64,000 nt of DNA from Escherichia phage naswa. This document shows, in pieces, positions 53,926 through 62,900 of this stretch (the stretch's first letter is position 1; every line of letters begins with the position of its first letter). The stretch lies in the sequence record MN850595.1; one strand, written 5' to 3'. The position numbers and the translations under genes are program-made. The notes below the pieces were generated by a model. The model had not been told where the DNA came from. It ran no database searches and saw nothing but the letters and a program-made list of their open reading frames with translations.

Positions 53926-54209
53926 CGGTCTCCCTCAGGCGGTTGTGGGACGTAAACACTGTTACGAATATCGTCAGCAGTGTAGTAATAAGTGGTTCCA
54001 ACCCTATCTCGGGCTGCAATGTACTCTGCTATACCAGCAAGTGCCATTGATTTGGTGGCGTATCTTCCCCACTCGTTAGCTCCCCAGTAGAATTTAGACC
54101 AGTAGGGAATAAGACCGAACAAATATACCTTTTGACGAACTTCCCAGTAAGTGCCTTTTCCGACAAGTTTAAACTCTACTTCACTACTGTTAATCTTTTT
54201 CATTATCAA
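53922..54209 (-). CDS. hypothetical protein
   Basis: Track ORF 95 aa; ATGA overlap. Confidence 0.5.
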   Translation of the reverse strand: MIMKKINSSEVEFKLVGKGTYWEVRQKVYLFGLIPYWSKFYWGANEWGRYATKSMALAGIAEYIAARDRVGTTYYYTADDIRNSVYVPQPPEGDR

Positions 54210-54502
54210 TCTCCCTCTACCGTGGTCGGATTGTCAGTAAGAAATTGAGCATTGGCTGGAGGCACGCCTGACATTTTCCACACAACCATAAGTTTATAAC
54301 CAGGCACTCTATTAAGTGCAGATCGAGTAGAGTTTGTGCACGTATACTTTCGCTTTCCAAACCCGTTCTCCATCATAATCCAGTACCCAGTATCTTTGTC
54401 ACCAGGTATCGGTAGACCACCTTCATCAACCCACTGAATTGACCACGGCACGATGGCTACAGCTTTATATTTAAACTTTTTAAACCACTCAAAAAGTTTC
54501 AT
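54206..54502 (-). CDS. hypothetical protein
   Basis: Track ORF 98 aa. Confidence 0.5.
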   Translation of the reverse strand: MKLFEWFKKFKYKAVAIVPWSIQWVDEGGLPIPGDKDTGYWIMMENGFGKRKYTCTNSTRSALNRVPGYKLMVVWKMSGVPPANAQFLTDNPTTVEGD

Positions 54503-54597
54503 AATTCAGCCCCGCATAGACATAATCACTATAAACAGGCAAACAATGAATCCGAATGCCACGCCACCCATAAACGTTAATATTGATGCAATCATAG

Positions 54598-54783
54598 TCA
54601 ATCAGCCTCGCCTGGCAACTCTTCTACCTTAACATGCCGAAAAGTGTTACCGTAATGGTTGATCCATGACATCAGCTCACTTTCTTGCTCTTCCTCTGGG
54701 ATGAACTCTCGAATACTGACAAGTTTTAAGAAAACCCAATCACAATCTGCACCCATTCTACCAGACAGACAATAGTGCTTCAT
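54598..54783 (-). CDS. hypothetical small protein
   Basis: Start moved to internal ATG 54783 behind GGAGGG to remove overlap with upstream gene. Confidence 0.4.
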   Translation of the reverse strand: MKHYCLSGRMGADCDWVFLKLVSIREFIPEEEQESELMSWINHYGNTFRHVKVEELPGEAD

Positions 54784-54802
54784 AAAAACCCTCCCGCCCG
54801 GT

Positions 54803-54997
54803 TTAGAATATTGCTTCTTCCATTGCGCCTGAGAGCAACAAAGAGGTGATCTGGCTAACATTCATCTCAGACTCTACTTCCTCCCCTTTGAAAGGTTCGC
54901 GGCAGAATAGGACTGTTTCAGGACTTTTACTTCGAACAATATAATACAAATCATTCAATGTGTTGTAGTAATAAGTGTTAAAACGTAAGTTTTTCAT
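54803..54997 (-). CDS. hypothetical small protein
   Basis: Track ORF 64 aa. Confidence 0.4.
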   Translation of the reverse strand: MKNLRFNTYYYNTLNDLYYIVRSKSPETVLFCREPFKGEEVESEMNVSQITSLLLSGAMEEAIF

Positions 54998-55281
54998 TTT
55001 CTAGTCCTCTTCTTAGATTTTTGGGGAGAAACGCTTTCTGCAATACGAGACAGACGTTCTTCTGAAGCCTTACCTACTCCAGGTTTTTTGAGTGGATTAT
55101 CTTTATGACCACAATCCAACTGGATATTGGATACCTCTCCAACTTTGTAAGTCAATTCTAGCAAAAGGTTGTCGTCCTTGTCAAATGTTTTTACGATAAA
55201 TTTTTTATCGTTCTCCTGAACTTCATATCTGGTACCTGCAGTATACAGCATGGTGCCATCAGCATAGGATATCCAAATCAT
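54994..55281 (-). CDS. hypothetical protein
   Basis: Track ORF 95 aa; ATGA overlap. Confidence 0.5.
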   Translation of the reverse strand: MIWISYADGTMLYTAGTRYEVQENDKKFIVKTFDKDDNLLLELTYKVGEVSNIQLDCGHKDNPLKKPGVGKASEERLSRIAESVSPQKSKKRTRK

Positions 55282-55625
55282 TGAGCCTCCTTTTGCTGCA
55301 ACAGCATTAACTCTTTGTTAGAAATCTTTACTGCTGTTTTTATTGTTCCATCTTCACGAAACCACGACCAGAACTCTACAGTGTCACCACTATCAAGTAA
55401 AGCATGCCCATGGTAAAAATCTTTGTCCTTAGACAGTTTCTCATCTATATCTGCATCAACACATTCGTGATCCATAGCATTTTGCCTGAACGCATCGGTT
55501 ATGCCAATGCACGCCTTGCTCTCAAGACTGGTATATCCGATATCTTTTAATTCAGTTTCCCAAGTCCAGTACCCTATAAAAGCTAAAACAGCTACCCACA
55601 GTAATAACGTTTTAATCTTTGGCAT
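55278..55625 (-). CDS. secreted or membrane-anchored protein
   Basis: 115 aa; N-terminal 'LLLWVAVLAFIGYWTW' hydrophobic segment. Confidence 0.5.
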   Translation of the reverse strand: MPKIKTLLLWVAVLAFIGYWTWETELKDIGYTSLESKACIGITDAFRQNAMDHECVDADIDEKLSKDKDFYHGHALLDSGDTVEFWSWFREDGTIKTAVKISNKELMLLQQKEAQ

Positions 55626-55687
55626 TCTCTCTACCTCTTTCTTAGTTTATTTCACTATGGCACATCCTTTGTGCCATATCTCAACTA

Positions 55688-56158
55688 CTACTTAAATAGT
55701 AGTTCAAAATAGTGCAAAATTAACAGAAGTTGAACTACACCTAGTGCAACGGCGAGTATGTTAATCTTAGAATCGAAAAACTTCTTAACTTTTACTCTAA
55801 AAGGTTCCTTAATGTCCTTTACGATCCTATCTATAGATGACCTCATATCTCTGATTACCATCCTGAACATTAAAGACGGATGCTCCCCCATCTCTGTAAC
55901 GGAATCGAAAACATACTCTCTTCGGTCATAAGGGCCGCCAGCTCTGCGTATTAACCTCTCCACAGAGACCTCGAACGTCACACCTGTAACGTAATCATCT
56001 ATAACAAGTCGTGACGGGTCTTTACCTTTACTATCAAGAGGTATCAAAGTTATCTTTCCAGATTTTGTTAAAATTTCCCCTTTTTCAAGCAAGGTGTACC
56101 AATGCTCTCTGCCAAGACTGTTGAGGCACGTTTTTACATATTTAACAAACATCGTCAC
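55688..56158 (-). CDS. hypothetical protein with C-terminal TM anchor
   Basis: 156 aa; C-terminal 'ILAVALGVVQLLLILHYF'. Confidence 0.5.
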   Translation of the reverse strand: MTMFVKYVKTCLNSLGREHWYTLLEKGEILTKSGKITLIPLDSKGKDPSRLVIDDYVTGVTFEVSVERLIRRAGGPYDRREYVFDSVTEMGEHPSLMFRMVIRDMRSSIDRIVKDIKEPFRVKVKKFFDSKINILAVALGVVQLLLILHYFELLFK

Positions 56159-56340
56159 CCCTCATCGCACGTCTGATATAACCACTCTATAAAATCTTGA
56201 TACCATTCGCCCTCTGAGCGCTCCGTAGGCCAATAATCTTCACCCTCTCGTGCATTAAAATCTGAGTATTCAACTTTCCACTCCTTTACCAGCTCGTGGA
56301 GAAGGTTTTCAGCCTGCTCTAAAGATTTATTTTTTACCAT
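56155..56340 (-). CDS. hypothetical small protein
   Basis: Start moved to ATG 56340 behind AAAGGAGA (track start 56358). Confidence 0.4.
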   Translation of the reverse strand: MVKNKSLEQAENLLHELVKEWKVEYSDFNAREGEDYWPTERSEGEWYQDFIEWLYQTCDEG

Positions 56341-56559
56341 TGCTGTCTCCTTTTTCAAGATAGTTATACATCAGAACTGCACCACCTAAGATGGCTACCA
56401 GTAACAATACCCCAGATAGCATCTCAATAAACATGGCTTGAAACACTGGAAGGCCTCCCTAAATTAACGCACCATTTTAAATACATGCTCTTTTCCCATA
56501 AAGGTGCCTGGCTAAGATCTGCGTAGAACGCAATCTCTTTAAGAACAGTATAAACAGTT

Positions 56560-56796
56560 TTAGGTGCGGTCTCCATCCCTACCCTCCTTTTTCTCCTTAC
56601 GGATATTCTTGTAGTAATCAACCAGGCACATTATCACGATGAAGATAACAACAGGCCAAAAAGGTGCAGCAGTGATGATGGTGATAAAATCATCAAACTT
56701 CACCCTTCGTCTGGACACGATGCATACACCTGTCAAGAATACCGCTGTTATAACGGACATTACCAGGTAACCTATTAGCACAACATTTATACTCAT
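56560..56796 (-). CDS. membrane protein (two TM segments)
   Basis: 78 aa; 'VVLIGYLVMSVITAVFLTGVCIV' and 'FWPVVIFIVIMCLV'. Confidence 0.5.
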   Translation of the reverse strand: MSINVVLIGYLVMSVITAVFLTGVCIVSRRRVKFDDFITIITAAPFWPVVIFIVIMCLVDYYKNIRKEKKEGRDGDRT

Positions 56797-56826
56797 TGGT
56801 CCTCCCTTTGTAGGTTAAATTGTATA

Positions 56827-57360
56827 CTACAAATGGCAACTGAGGGTGTCAAGAAAATTATCCCGTTCTTTCTCAGAGTTTTCATGGGTGTAGCTGAAAA
56901 ACATATCGAGAATAACCTTATTGATATATTCCAGCTCCTCTGTGTTCAGATGCTTAGCAGGATCTACAATGACATCCCAAATATCATACAGACCACACTC
57001 ATGATACCCATAACGCCACTCAATTGTCAAGCTGAGCGGCAAATCTTTACCGTCACAAACAACCTTCCATCTACATATGTTGGTATCTGGTCGTATCTGT
57101 GCACGGTACACCTGTACAAAATCCAATTTGAATTTGAGGTACTCGTCATACAATTTAAGCACAAAGCTCTCGATTTGTGGAGACACTTTTGCAGCAAACT
57201 GTGCGTATTTGTACTTGCACTGGATGATCTTTCTGCGTTTTGCAGTTAAATTTTTTGCCGCCAGTTGTTCTTCAGTGTATCTCCACCTACGATCAACAAA
57301 CGCAACAGGGTCTTTGTCCCCATAGAGGTCTTCCCAGTTAATCAGAAGCATACCTGTCAC
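56827..57360 (-). CDS. hypothetical protein
   Basis: Track ORF 177 aa. Confidence 0.5.
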   Translation of the reverse strand: MTGMLLINWEDLYGDKDPVAFVDRRWRYTEEQLAAKNLTAKRRKIIQCKYKYAQFAAKVSPQIESFVLKLYDEYLKFKLDFVQVYRAQIRPDTNICRWKVVCDGKDLPLSLTIEWRYGYHECGLYDIWDVIVDPAKHLNTEELEYINKVILDMFFSYTHENSEKERDNFLDTLSCHL

Positions 57361-57590
57361 TCCTCCACAACTTCAAGGCCTTTACCGCCTCGCTCTGGCA
57401 GATTACTTAAAGATAGGTAATACATATAATCAGGAGAGATCCTGCCAGACTCTGCACCTGCAGCTAGTAAATCCTTCCCTTTAACCAGGACAACATTCTC
57501 GTTTGCAGATAGCCGTTTTGCTTCCACAATTTTACCAACACAGTCAACCAAGGAAGGGTACCCTAAATCTGTAAGAAATTTAACTTTCAT
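57357..57590 (-). CDS. small protein, MKVK family
   Basis: 77 aa; MKVKFL start, 'VLVKGKDLLAAGA' core, '...GLEVVEE' end. Confidence 0.55.
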   Translation of the reverse strand: MKVKFLTDLGYPSLVDCVGKIVEAKRLSANENVVLVKGKDLLAAGAESGRISPDYMYYLSLSNLPERGGKGLEVVEE

Positions 57591-57629
57591 GCTACCTCCT
57601 GCTTCTACCGTCCCTGGTAAGATAAATTA

Positions 57630-58031
57630 TTACTGAACAGAGCGCGGGGCTAGGAAGGATAACTCTTCTAAAGAGAAGATTTCATTTCCTACCACCCAAG
57701 TTGCTGGATCATCTGGGTCAACAGGCTGGATAATCATTACCTCATCCGCCTCGCACACACGTTTCCCACCTATAGTAGCGGAGTCAGCCACTAGCATACG
57801 AGGCTCTTCAGAAATGCACAGGTAACCTCCTCGGCCCACTGTTCCTTCCACAGGATCCTGCCCTTTGACCACAATGAATACCTTCTCTCCTGTGGCGATA
57901 TTACTTTGCACACTAACAGTTTGACCAACTTTAGATGTACCGATCTTGGTGGCTTCAAACATTAAATCCCGAATTACTGTTGCATAGTTGCCGGACACTT
58001 TCTTACCTTCTTTAGTAATCTCAATCTTCAT
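57630..58031 (-). CDS. hypothetical protein
   Basis: Track ORF 133 aa; MKIEITKEG start. Confidence 0.5.
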   Translation of the reverse strand: MKIEITKEGKKVSGNYATVIRDLMFEATKIGTSKVGQTVSVQSNIATGEKVFIVVKGQDPVEGTVGRGGYLCISEEPRMLVADSATIGGKRVCEADEVMIIQPVDPDDPATWVVGNEIFSLEELSFLAPRSVQ

Positions 58032-58303
58032 AATCTAGGCTCCTTAAATGAATCTATGTAATCAATTAAATCCCAAGCATCGCGATGGGCTGTCAGAGGG
58101 TATACTTCTCCGAGAGGGATCATAGCAATAAGTCTATCAAAAACCCAGTCTGGACGCAACATTTTATGGTGATATTCCCACTCACCTTCCACAGATTTTT
58201 TCTGAGTGATCAGGATCTCTGTGTAGTGTTTCGACTGTCTTGAGTAGATTGAAAATGACTTGTACATAAATGACCCCCTCTTGTTGAAAACAACAATACA
58301 CAA
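58028..58303 (-). CDS. hypothetical protein
   Basis: Track ORF 91 aa; ATGA overlap. Confidence 0.5.
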   Translation of the reverse strand: MCIVVFNKRGSFMYKSFSIYSRQSKHYTEILITQKKSVEGEWEYHHKMLRPDWVFDRLIAMIPLGEVYPLTAHRDAWDLIDYIDSFKEPRL

Positions 58304-58588
58304 CTACCAGGTTACTGTCAAGTAGGCAACCGTATTATTTTTCTCTGGGGAGATGCCAACAACATCTACCTGCAGACCTCCTGCCCTTAAATCTCCAACA
58401 ATGTGCGGGAAGTAATCTGAGAGATGCGATGGTAGATTTATCGAAAATCCGCACCCCAGAAAGCCTGCTAACGCTTTATTTTGTATCTCCCCTACAATCG
58501 CATCATAAATAGAGTTAAGCTCGTCAGGAAGCGTTACAGGACGTTTTAGCGCTAACTGGTGTAATTTGTCCTTAGCACTCATTTTCAT
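58304..58588 (-). CDS. hypothetical protein
   Basis: Start moved to ATG 58586-58588 overlapping upstream stop (ATGA); track start 58618. Confidence 0.45.
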   Translation of the reverse strand: MKMSAKDKLHQLALKRPVTLPDELNSIYDAIVGEIQNKALAGFLGCGFSINLPSHLSDYFPHIVGDLRAGGLQVDVVGISPEKNNTVAYLTVTW

Positions 58589-59118
58589 TTCAGGTCTACC
58601 TCTGGAGGTGCCAACCACATAAATGGCGGCAAGTCTAAACGGTTTTTCTTATCCCAGACAAAATATGCATATGCTTGCCCGTCAGTTCTGCCATTTGATT
58701 GAAAAGATGGACGCTTAGATATTGTGATCACAGTGGTAGGTGCATTATCAAGCCACCATTCAAATCTGGCTTTGCTTTCCAGAAAATTAAGACGCAAAAG
58801 CATAATAACTACGTCAGCATCTTTCAACGCCTTGTCTACAAACTCACGAGCCAAACTGTATGGTGGGTTGGTGATAATACAGTCAACATGGTTGTATTCT
58901 GTATTCAGATAGTCAACACCTTCTTGGATTTCTCCCCATGCAGATCCTAACGGCATACGTGAGTAGAACACACCTGAGGCACTATTCCTGCAAGGCTCTA
59001 AATAGGTCCAGTCTTCTGGGAACGGAATAAGGTCATACAGCCCTTCTGCACACCACTCCGGTGTCACATACTCATCGTAAGCGTTACGTTGTTCATCAGG
59101 TTTTCTAGCACAAGTCAT
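58585..59118 (-). CDS. small N6-adenine DNA methyltransferase (phage Dam-like)
   Basis: 'TNPPYS' catalytic motif; upstream 'YVTPEW...LEPC' segment as in compact phage Dam-type MTases; 177 aa. Confidence 0.6.
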   Translation of the reverse strand: MTCARKPDEQRNAYDEYVTPEWCAEGLYDLIPFPEDWTYLEPCRNSASGVFYSRMPLGSAWGEIQEGVDYLNTEYNHVDCIITNPPYSLAREFVDKALKDADVVIMLLRLNFLESKARFEWWLDNAPTTVITISKRPSFQSNGRTDGQAYAYFVWDKKNRLDLPPFMWLAPPEVDLK

Positions 59119-59127
59119 GCAAATCTC

Positions 59128-59160
59128 CAGATCATAAAAGCCCTCCGAAGAGGGCTTTAG
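59128..59160 (-). terminator. rho-independent terminator (minus strand)
   Basis: AAAGCCCTC-TTCG-GAGGGCTTT hairpin followed by TTTTAT on minus strand. Confidence 0.5.
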
Positions 59161-59169
59161 AATTAATGT

Positions 59170-60219
59170 TTAAGCTTCTTCGACAATTCCTGCACCCAGG
59201 ATTTTTTCATTGAGCTCTTTTGCTGTTTTAATAATATTGTCCACCAGACGCTTGCGAGTCTTATCTTTTACCTTAACCTCTTCACCGCCGTTCAGGGTTG
59301 TCTTCAATTGGGACAGAATGTCTTGAAGTTCAACGACAGAGAATCGCTGCAGATCTTCTGAAGTAATCTCACTCAGGGCAATTCTGACGGTCTCGCCACT
59401 TTCCATCTGCAGATTCAGGAACACAGTGTGAACATCACCTTTCGAACCACCCGCTTTTGCAGATTCAACAGCATGAACTAACTCATCTAAAGATGTGCAC
59501 TGGTGAATCTCCGGAAGACCTGCTTCACCTAACACGCCTTCTTCATCACCTTTTGCCAGAAGCTTTTTCGGTTTTTGTCCGTTCTGGATGCGTTGTATGT
59601 TGCCTTCATCCAGAATAATAGCTCCAGTGCGTGCTGCCAGCTCTTCTCCGTCCAACCACACTTCGCCACCAGCTGTGATGGATGCGATCTCATCTTCTGT
59701 CAGCACCCCACCGTAGTATTTTTCGATCAGGCGTTCAAAACGTTTTTTCCAGTAGCTGACCTGAGTATTCATGTTCACACCGTTACCATAAGTGCCACCT
59801 TGATAGTAGTGGAACATAAACTCTGTGTCCGGAGCCACAGTACGTTCTTTACAACCAAGCCATAAGATTGTTCCAGCAGAGCAGCACATCCCTTCAGCAT
59901 GTGCAACAACGCTTGCCTGAGACTCTCGGAATGCCTGCAGATAAGCCATTGCAATGTGCACGCAACCCCCAGGGCTATTGATGATCACCCGAATGCTTTC
60001 TTCCGGCTGAGCCATACGGATCGTCTGCAGACGAGACATATGATCTTGTAAGTCTTCCAAATCGTCGATATAAAGAACGTGGTCAACAACAGGTGTTGGG
60101 TAGCTGTATGTTTCCATGATACCGCCCGGCATACCAAACATTTTATTACTCATAGGTTCGAAACCGTTCTGTTTTTCTTTCATGCCGTGTACCATGGTTC
60201 TGCGAGGTGTTAAATTCAT
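59170..60219 (-). CDS. ClpP/S14-like serine peptidase with C-terminal extension
   Basis: 'VIINSPGGCV' and 'GMCCSAGT' resemble ClpP oxyanion/Ser regions; ~150-aa extra C-terminal region. Confidence 0.6.
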   Translation of the reverse strand: MNLTPRRTMVHGMKEKQNGFEPMSNKMFGMPGGIMETYSYPTPVVDHVLYIDDLEDLQDHMSRLQTIRMAQPEESIRVIINSPGGCVHIAMAYLQAFRESQASVVAHAEGMCCSAGTILWLGCKERTVAPDTEFMFHYYQGGTYGNGVNMNTQVSYWKKRFERLIEKYYGGVLTEDEIASITAGGEVWLDGEELAARTGAIILDEGNIQRIQNGQKPKKLLAKGDEEGVLGEAGLPEIHQCTSLDELVHAVESAKAGGSKGDVHTVFLNLQMESGETVRIALSEITSEDLQRFSVVELQDILSQLKTTLNGGEEVKVKDKTRKRLVDNIIKTAKELNEKILGAGIVEEA

Positions 60220-60279
60220 GAGAAATCCTTAATATTGGAAGTTGAAAGCTATTTATTTAAACCTGATTCACATTTACCT

Positions 60280-60591
60280 TTATTTAGCAATCACTATGGA
60301 ATACTTACGATTGTCAGAAGCATCACAACTCAATGATTGCCAGTCTACCACATACCACGTATCATTGTCAACAATTACTTTATCGCCTGTTCTGTAGCAA
60401 GTGCTGCTTTCAATAATTCGAGACTCGATAAAGAATCTGTGTCGGCGCTCACGTAGCAACGCTAAGTTAATTATATTACCACCGCTGTCCTTGGTCCACA
60501 CATTCTTGGATCCCTTATTTGCCAAAATTGTCTCGCCGTTATAGACAAACAGGCAGTATATTTTATTCAGTTTCTCTTGTATTGTAGCCAT
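60280..60591 (-). CDS. hypothetical protein
   Basis: Track ORF 103 aa. Confidence 0.5.
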   Translation of the reverse strand: MATIQEKLNKIYCLFVYNGETILANKGSKNVWTKDSGGNIINLALLRERRHRFFIESRIIESSTCYRTGDKVIVDNDTWYVVDWQSLSCDASDNRKYSIVIAK

Positions 60592-60619
60592 ACTGTCCTT
60601 CTCTCTGTTTTGTCCGATA

Positions 60620-60648
60620 ATAATATCTAAAGCTTACCTATTTGTCAA
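60620..60648 (-). promoter_or_regulatory. sigma70-like promoter (TTGACA-N17-TATTAT, minus strand)
   Basis: Hexamers read on reverse complement upstream of gene starting 60591. Confidence 0.5.
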
Positions 60649-60692
60649 CAACTGTTTTAGATATTTAAGGGTGGAATAACCACCCTTCTGTA

Positions 60693-61481
60693 TTACTCGG
60701 AAACAGGGGTCCAAATATGATTTGCACGATCCTCAATAAGATTGAGTGCGATTTGACGACCCAACCCGGAACGAACGACATCGTCTGGACTATCAAAGCT
60801 GATCATTCCAACCTCAGGATCTGGATGACGAGTAAAGAAATCCGTCACCCATGCAAGGCCAGATTTACCAGGGATGTCACGTTGGCTATTATCACCCATA
60901 ATTACAAGGGTGGCTTGATCAGAGATCCTTGTGATAATTGACAACATTTCTTCAGGGTTAGTTTGCTGTGCCTCGTCAATCAGGACAAAGCATCGCTCAT
61001 CGAAACTACGACCACGAATGCTTTCAACTTCACAAATCTCGATACGACTGTTCTGACCGTCTCCCAGCATTGCGGCAAAAGCACCTTTGCCAACACGACG
61101 ACAAATCGTGTCCATCATGCTTCGAAGATAGGGCCACAGTTTCTGCATTGCATTTCCGGGTTTAAATCCTGAAGTCTTTCCTGTCTGGACGTAAGGACGT
61201 GCAACAATGATCTTATCAATCTCGTTCTTACGCAGAAGATCACCTGCATATGCAGATGCCATAAATGTCTTACCGGATCCAAACACACCGTTTACAATAA
61301 TAATCTTACGTGACCCTAGATAATCAAGATACTTTTGCTGCTTCTTATTCATTGGTCGGAGAGCTGGAGCGGTGTGCTCTCTTTCGTCAGCAAATTTCTC
61401 AGCAGCCTTACGCAGGCGATCAGATTTGCGAGCCTCTCTAGCTTCATCACGCATGCGTTTTGTTTCTTTAGCTCGACCCAT
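60693..61481 (-). CDS. phoH: PhoH-like ATPase
   Basis: Walker A 'GVFGSGKT'; 'FVLIDEAQ' Walker B; PhoH-like size and order. Confidence 0.75.
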   Translation of the reverse strand: MGRAKETKRMRDEAREARKSDRLRKAAEKFADEREHTAPALRPMNKKQQKYLDYLGSRKIIIVNGVFGSGKTFMASAYAGDLLRKNEIDKIIVARPYVQTGKTSGFKPGNAMQKLWPYLRSMMDTICRRVGKGAFAAMLGDGQNSRIEICEVESIRGRSFDERCFVLIDEAQQTNPEEMLSIITRISDQATLVIMGDNSQRDIPGKSGLAWVTDFFTRHPDPEVGMISFDSPDDVVRSGLGRQIALNLIEDRANHIWTPVSE

Positions 61482-61519
61482 GTTGGGACTCCTTTCAGAT
61501 TGAGATGTGCCAAGTACTT

Positions 61520-61870
61520 TTACTGCAACAGTTTTTCAATAGCCGCTTCCATGCTGCTTGCAACAGCCTGAACTCGGATATTCATCTCTTCTTGGTGGAT
61601 CAGCTCCTTAAGCTCTTTAATGGTAAATTCTTTAGAGAAACCTTCCACCATAATCTTGTGCAAGGCTTCTTGCGTGTCTACTTGCAAGAACTTTTCCAGT
61701 TTGTTGGCAGAGGCTTCTAAATCAGCCCGAATACGAGGGTCATCTGTGCGATTCAGCATTAGGCGTAAGCCATCAAGATTAGTAGAAATAGCATCTGCAT
61801 GTTGAGTAACTAACCGTGGCAAAATGAGATCTACAAACTTATTAGCCAAATCGATACGTTCTTGTGTCAC
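61520..61870 (-). CDS. hypothetical protein
   Basis: Track ORF 116 aa; GTG start overlaps stop of upstream mini-ORF. Confidence 0.5.
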   Translation of the reverse strand: MTQERIDLANKFVDLILPRLVTQHADAISTNLDGLRLMLNRTDDPRIRADLEASANKLEKFLQVDTQEALHKIMVEGFSKEFTIKELKELIHQEEMNIRVQAVASSMEAAIEKLLQ

Positions 61871-61980
61871 TGTTGCACCCCCTCTTCATCTTCATGATGT
61901 TTCTTTTCACGCTTGTGTTTTTTCTTAAGCTCAAGCGCAATCTCTTTCTTGTACGCCTTCTTCAAGGCTTTTTTAGCCAT
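61867..61980 (-). CDS. Lys-rich mini-protein (37 aa)
   Basis: ATG behind GAGGAGG; 'MAKKALKKAYKKEIALELKKKHKREKKHHEDEEGVQQ'; below track cutoff; directly downstream of consensus promoter. Confidence 0.4.
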   Translation of the reverse strand: MAKKALKKAYKKEIALELKKKHKREKKHHEDEEGVQQ

Positions 61981-62009
61981 TTGGCACCTCCTCTGCTTTC
62001 ATTACGACA

Positions 62010-62039
62010 ATTATAACCGACTTAACAAAGCTTTGTCAA
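62010..62039 (-). promoter_or_regulatory. sigma70 consensus promoter (TTGACA-N18-TATAAT, minus strand)
   Basis: Both hexamers match consensus on reverse complement. Confidence 0.55.
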
Positions 62040-62042
62040 CGA

Positions 62043-62516
62043 TTAGTCAACCTGAACCCAACCATCTGCTACCTTTTTAAACATTCTTTGGTTATCACTG
62101 CCTCTAAAGGGTTTTTTGGTGGGGTTATCTTTTTCGTACTTACCGTCCATAATGTAATCAACACTATCTTTAATGTAATCGGGGACTTCTTCAAACAAAT
62201 ACCCTGTGTACACCCAGATAGTTTTTGTGTTGCCGAAGTGTTCACGGATAGCGCGAATGATCGAGTACATACCATCAATATTGTAAGGCGCTAAAGGTTC
62301 GCCACCGCATAATGTAACGCCAGTAATGTGTTTCGGCTCTATAGAGTGAAGTATACTCTCAATAGTGTCATTTGTTAACGGTTCCCCTTTAGCTGGTGAC
62401 CAAACACTTTTGTTTTGGCAACCGACGCAGTGATGTGGGCAACCAGAACAGAACACCGTTGTCCTAATGCCTGGGCCGTCAACCATGCTACACTCTATAA
62501 TATTAACAACATTCAT
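62043..62516 (-). CDS. nrdG: anaerobic ribonucleotide reductase activating protein
   Basis: Radical-SAM cluster 'CSGCPHHCVGC', 'VDGPGIRTTVF', 'CGGEPL', 'IWVYTGY', 'RGSDNQ' as in NrdG. Confidence 0.8.
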   Translation of the reverse strand: MNVVNIIECSMVDGPGIRTTVFCSGCPHHCVGCQNKSVWSPAKGEPLTNDTIESILHSIEPKHITGVTLCGGEPLAPYNIDGMYSIIRAIREHFGNTKTIWVYTGYLFEEVPDYIKDSVDYIMDGKYEKDNPTKKPFRGSDNQRMFKKVADGWVQVD

Positions 62517-62749
62517 TCCTTATCCTCTTTTAGGTAAGGATATTCAGGCCCACAATAAGCTCTATCCAAGAAAACAGCTTCTTCCCCTCTGGAATCAGTA
62601 GATCTATAATACCCATCACCATGGTAACTAACGAACCAGTGGCACCCATCATCGCTTTCTACTGTTGTGGCTCTGTCCGAATGAAAGATAATTTCGTAAT
62701 CCTTACCGAATGTAAACCATCTGTTAGCTTTTACACAGACACCTATCAT
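62513..62749 (-). CDS. hypothetical small protein
   Basis: Track ORF 78 aa; ATGA overlap with nrdG. Confidence 0.45.
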   Translation of the reverse strand: MIGVCVKANRWFTFGKDYEIIFHSDRATTVESDDGCHWFVSYHGDGYYRSTDSRGEEAVFLDRAYCGPEYPYLKEDKE

Positions 62750-62900
62750 AAGGAACCTCTCTTCTGTGATGTGCTTCTATTCAAGATAAACCTATAAAAG
62801 TCCATTTGATGAAGCCGTATAACTTTTTATACTTACGCTTCAGTGCTAACAATTTTATCTTGATTTTCTTGATAGATTTCCGCATTTCGACCCCTTATGC

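Noticed and set aside
59170-60219. ClpP-like gene as a prohead maturation protease marking the structural module
   Set aside because: No portal, capsid or scaffold genes adjacent; flanked by a methyltransferase and PhoH, so context does not support a structural-module protease.
60667-60687. Hairpin AAGGGTGG-AATAA-CCACCCTT downstream of phoH as a terminator
   Set aside because: No T-run follows on the minus strand (AAATATCTAAAACAG), so it is not called as an intrinsic terminator.
62513-62749. 78-aa ORF as a C-terminal fragment of NrdD
   Set aside because: No glycyl-radical motif (RVCGY-like) or Zn-ribbon recognised; sequence does not resemble an NrdD C-terminus.
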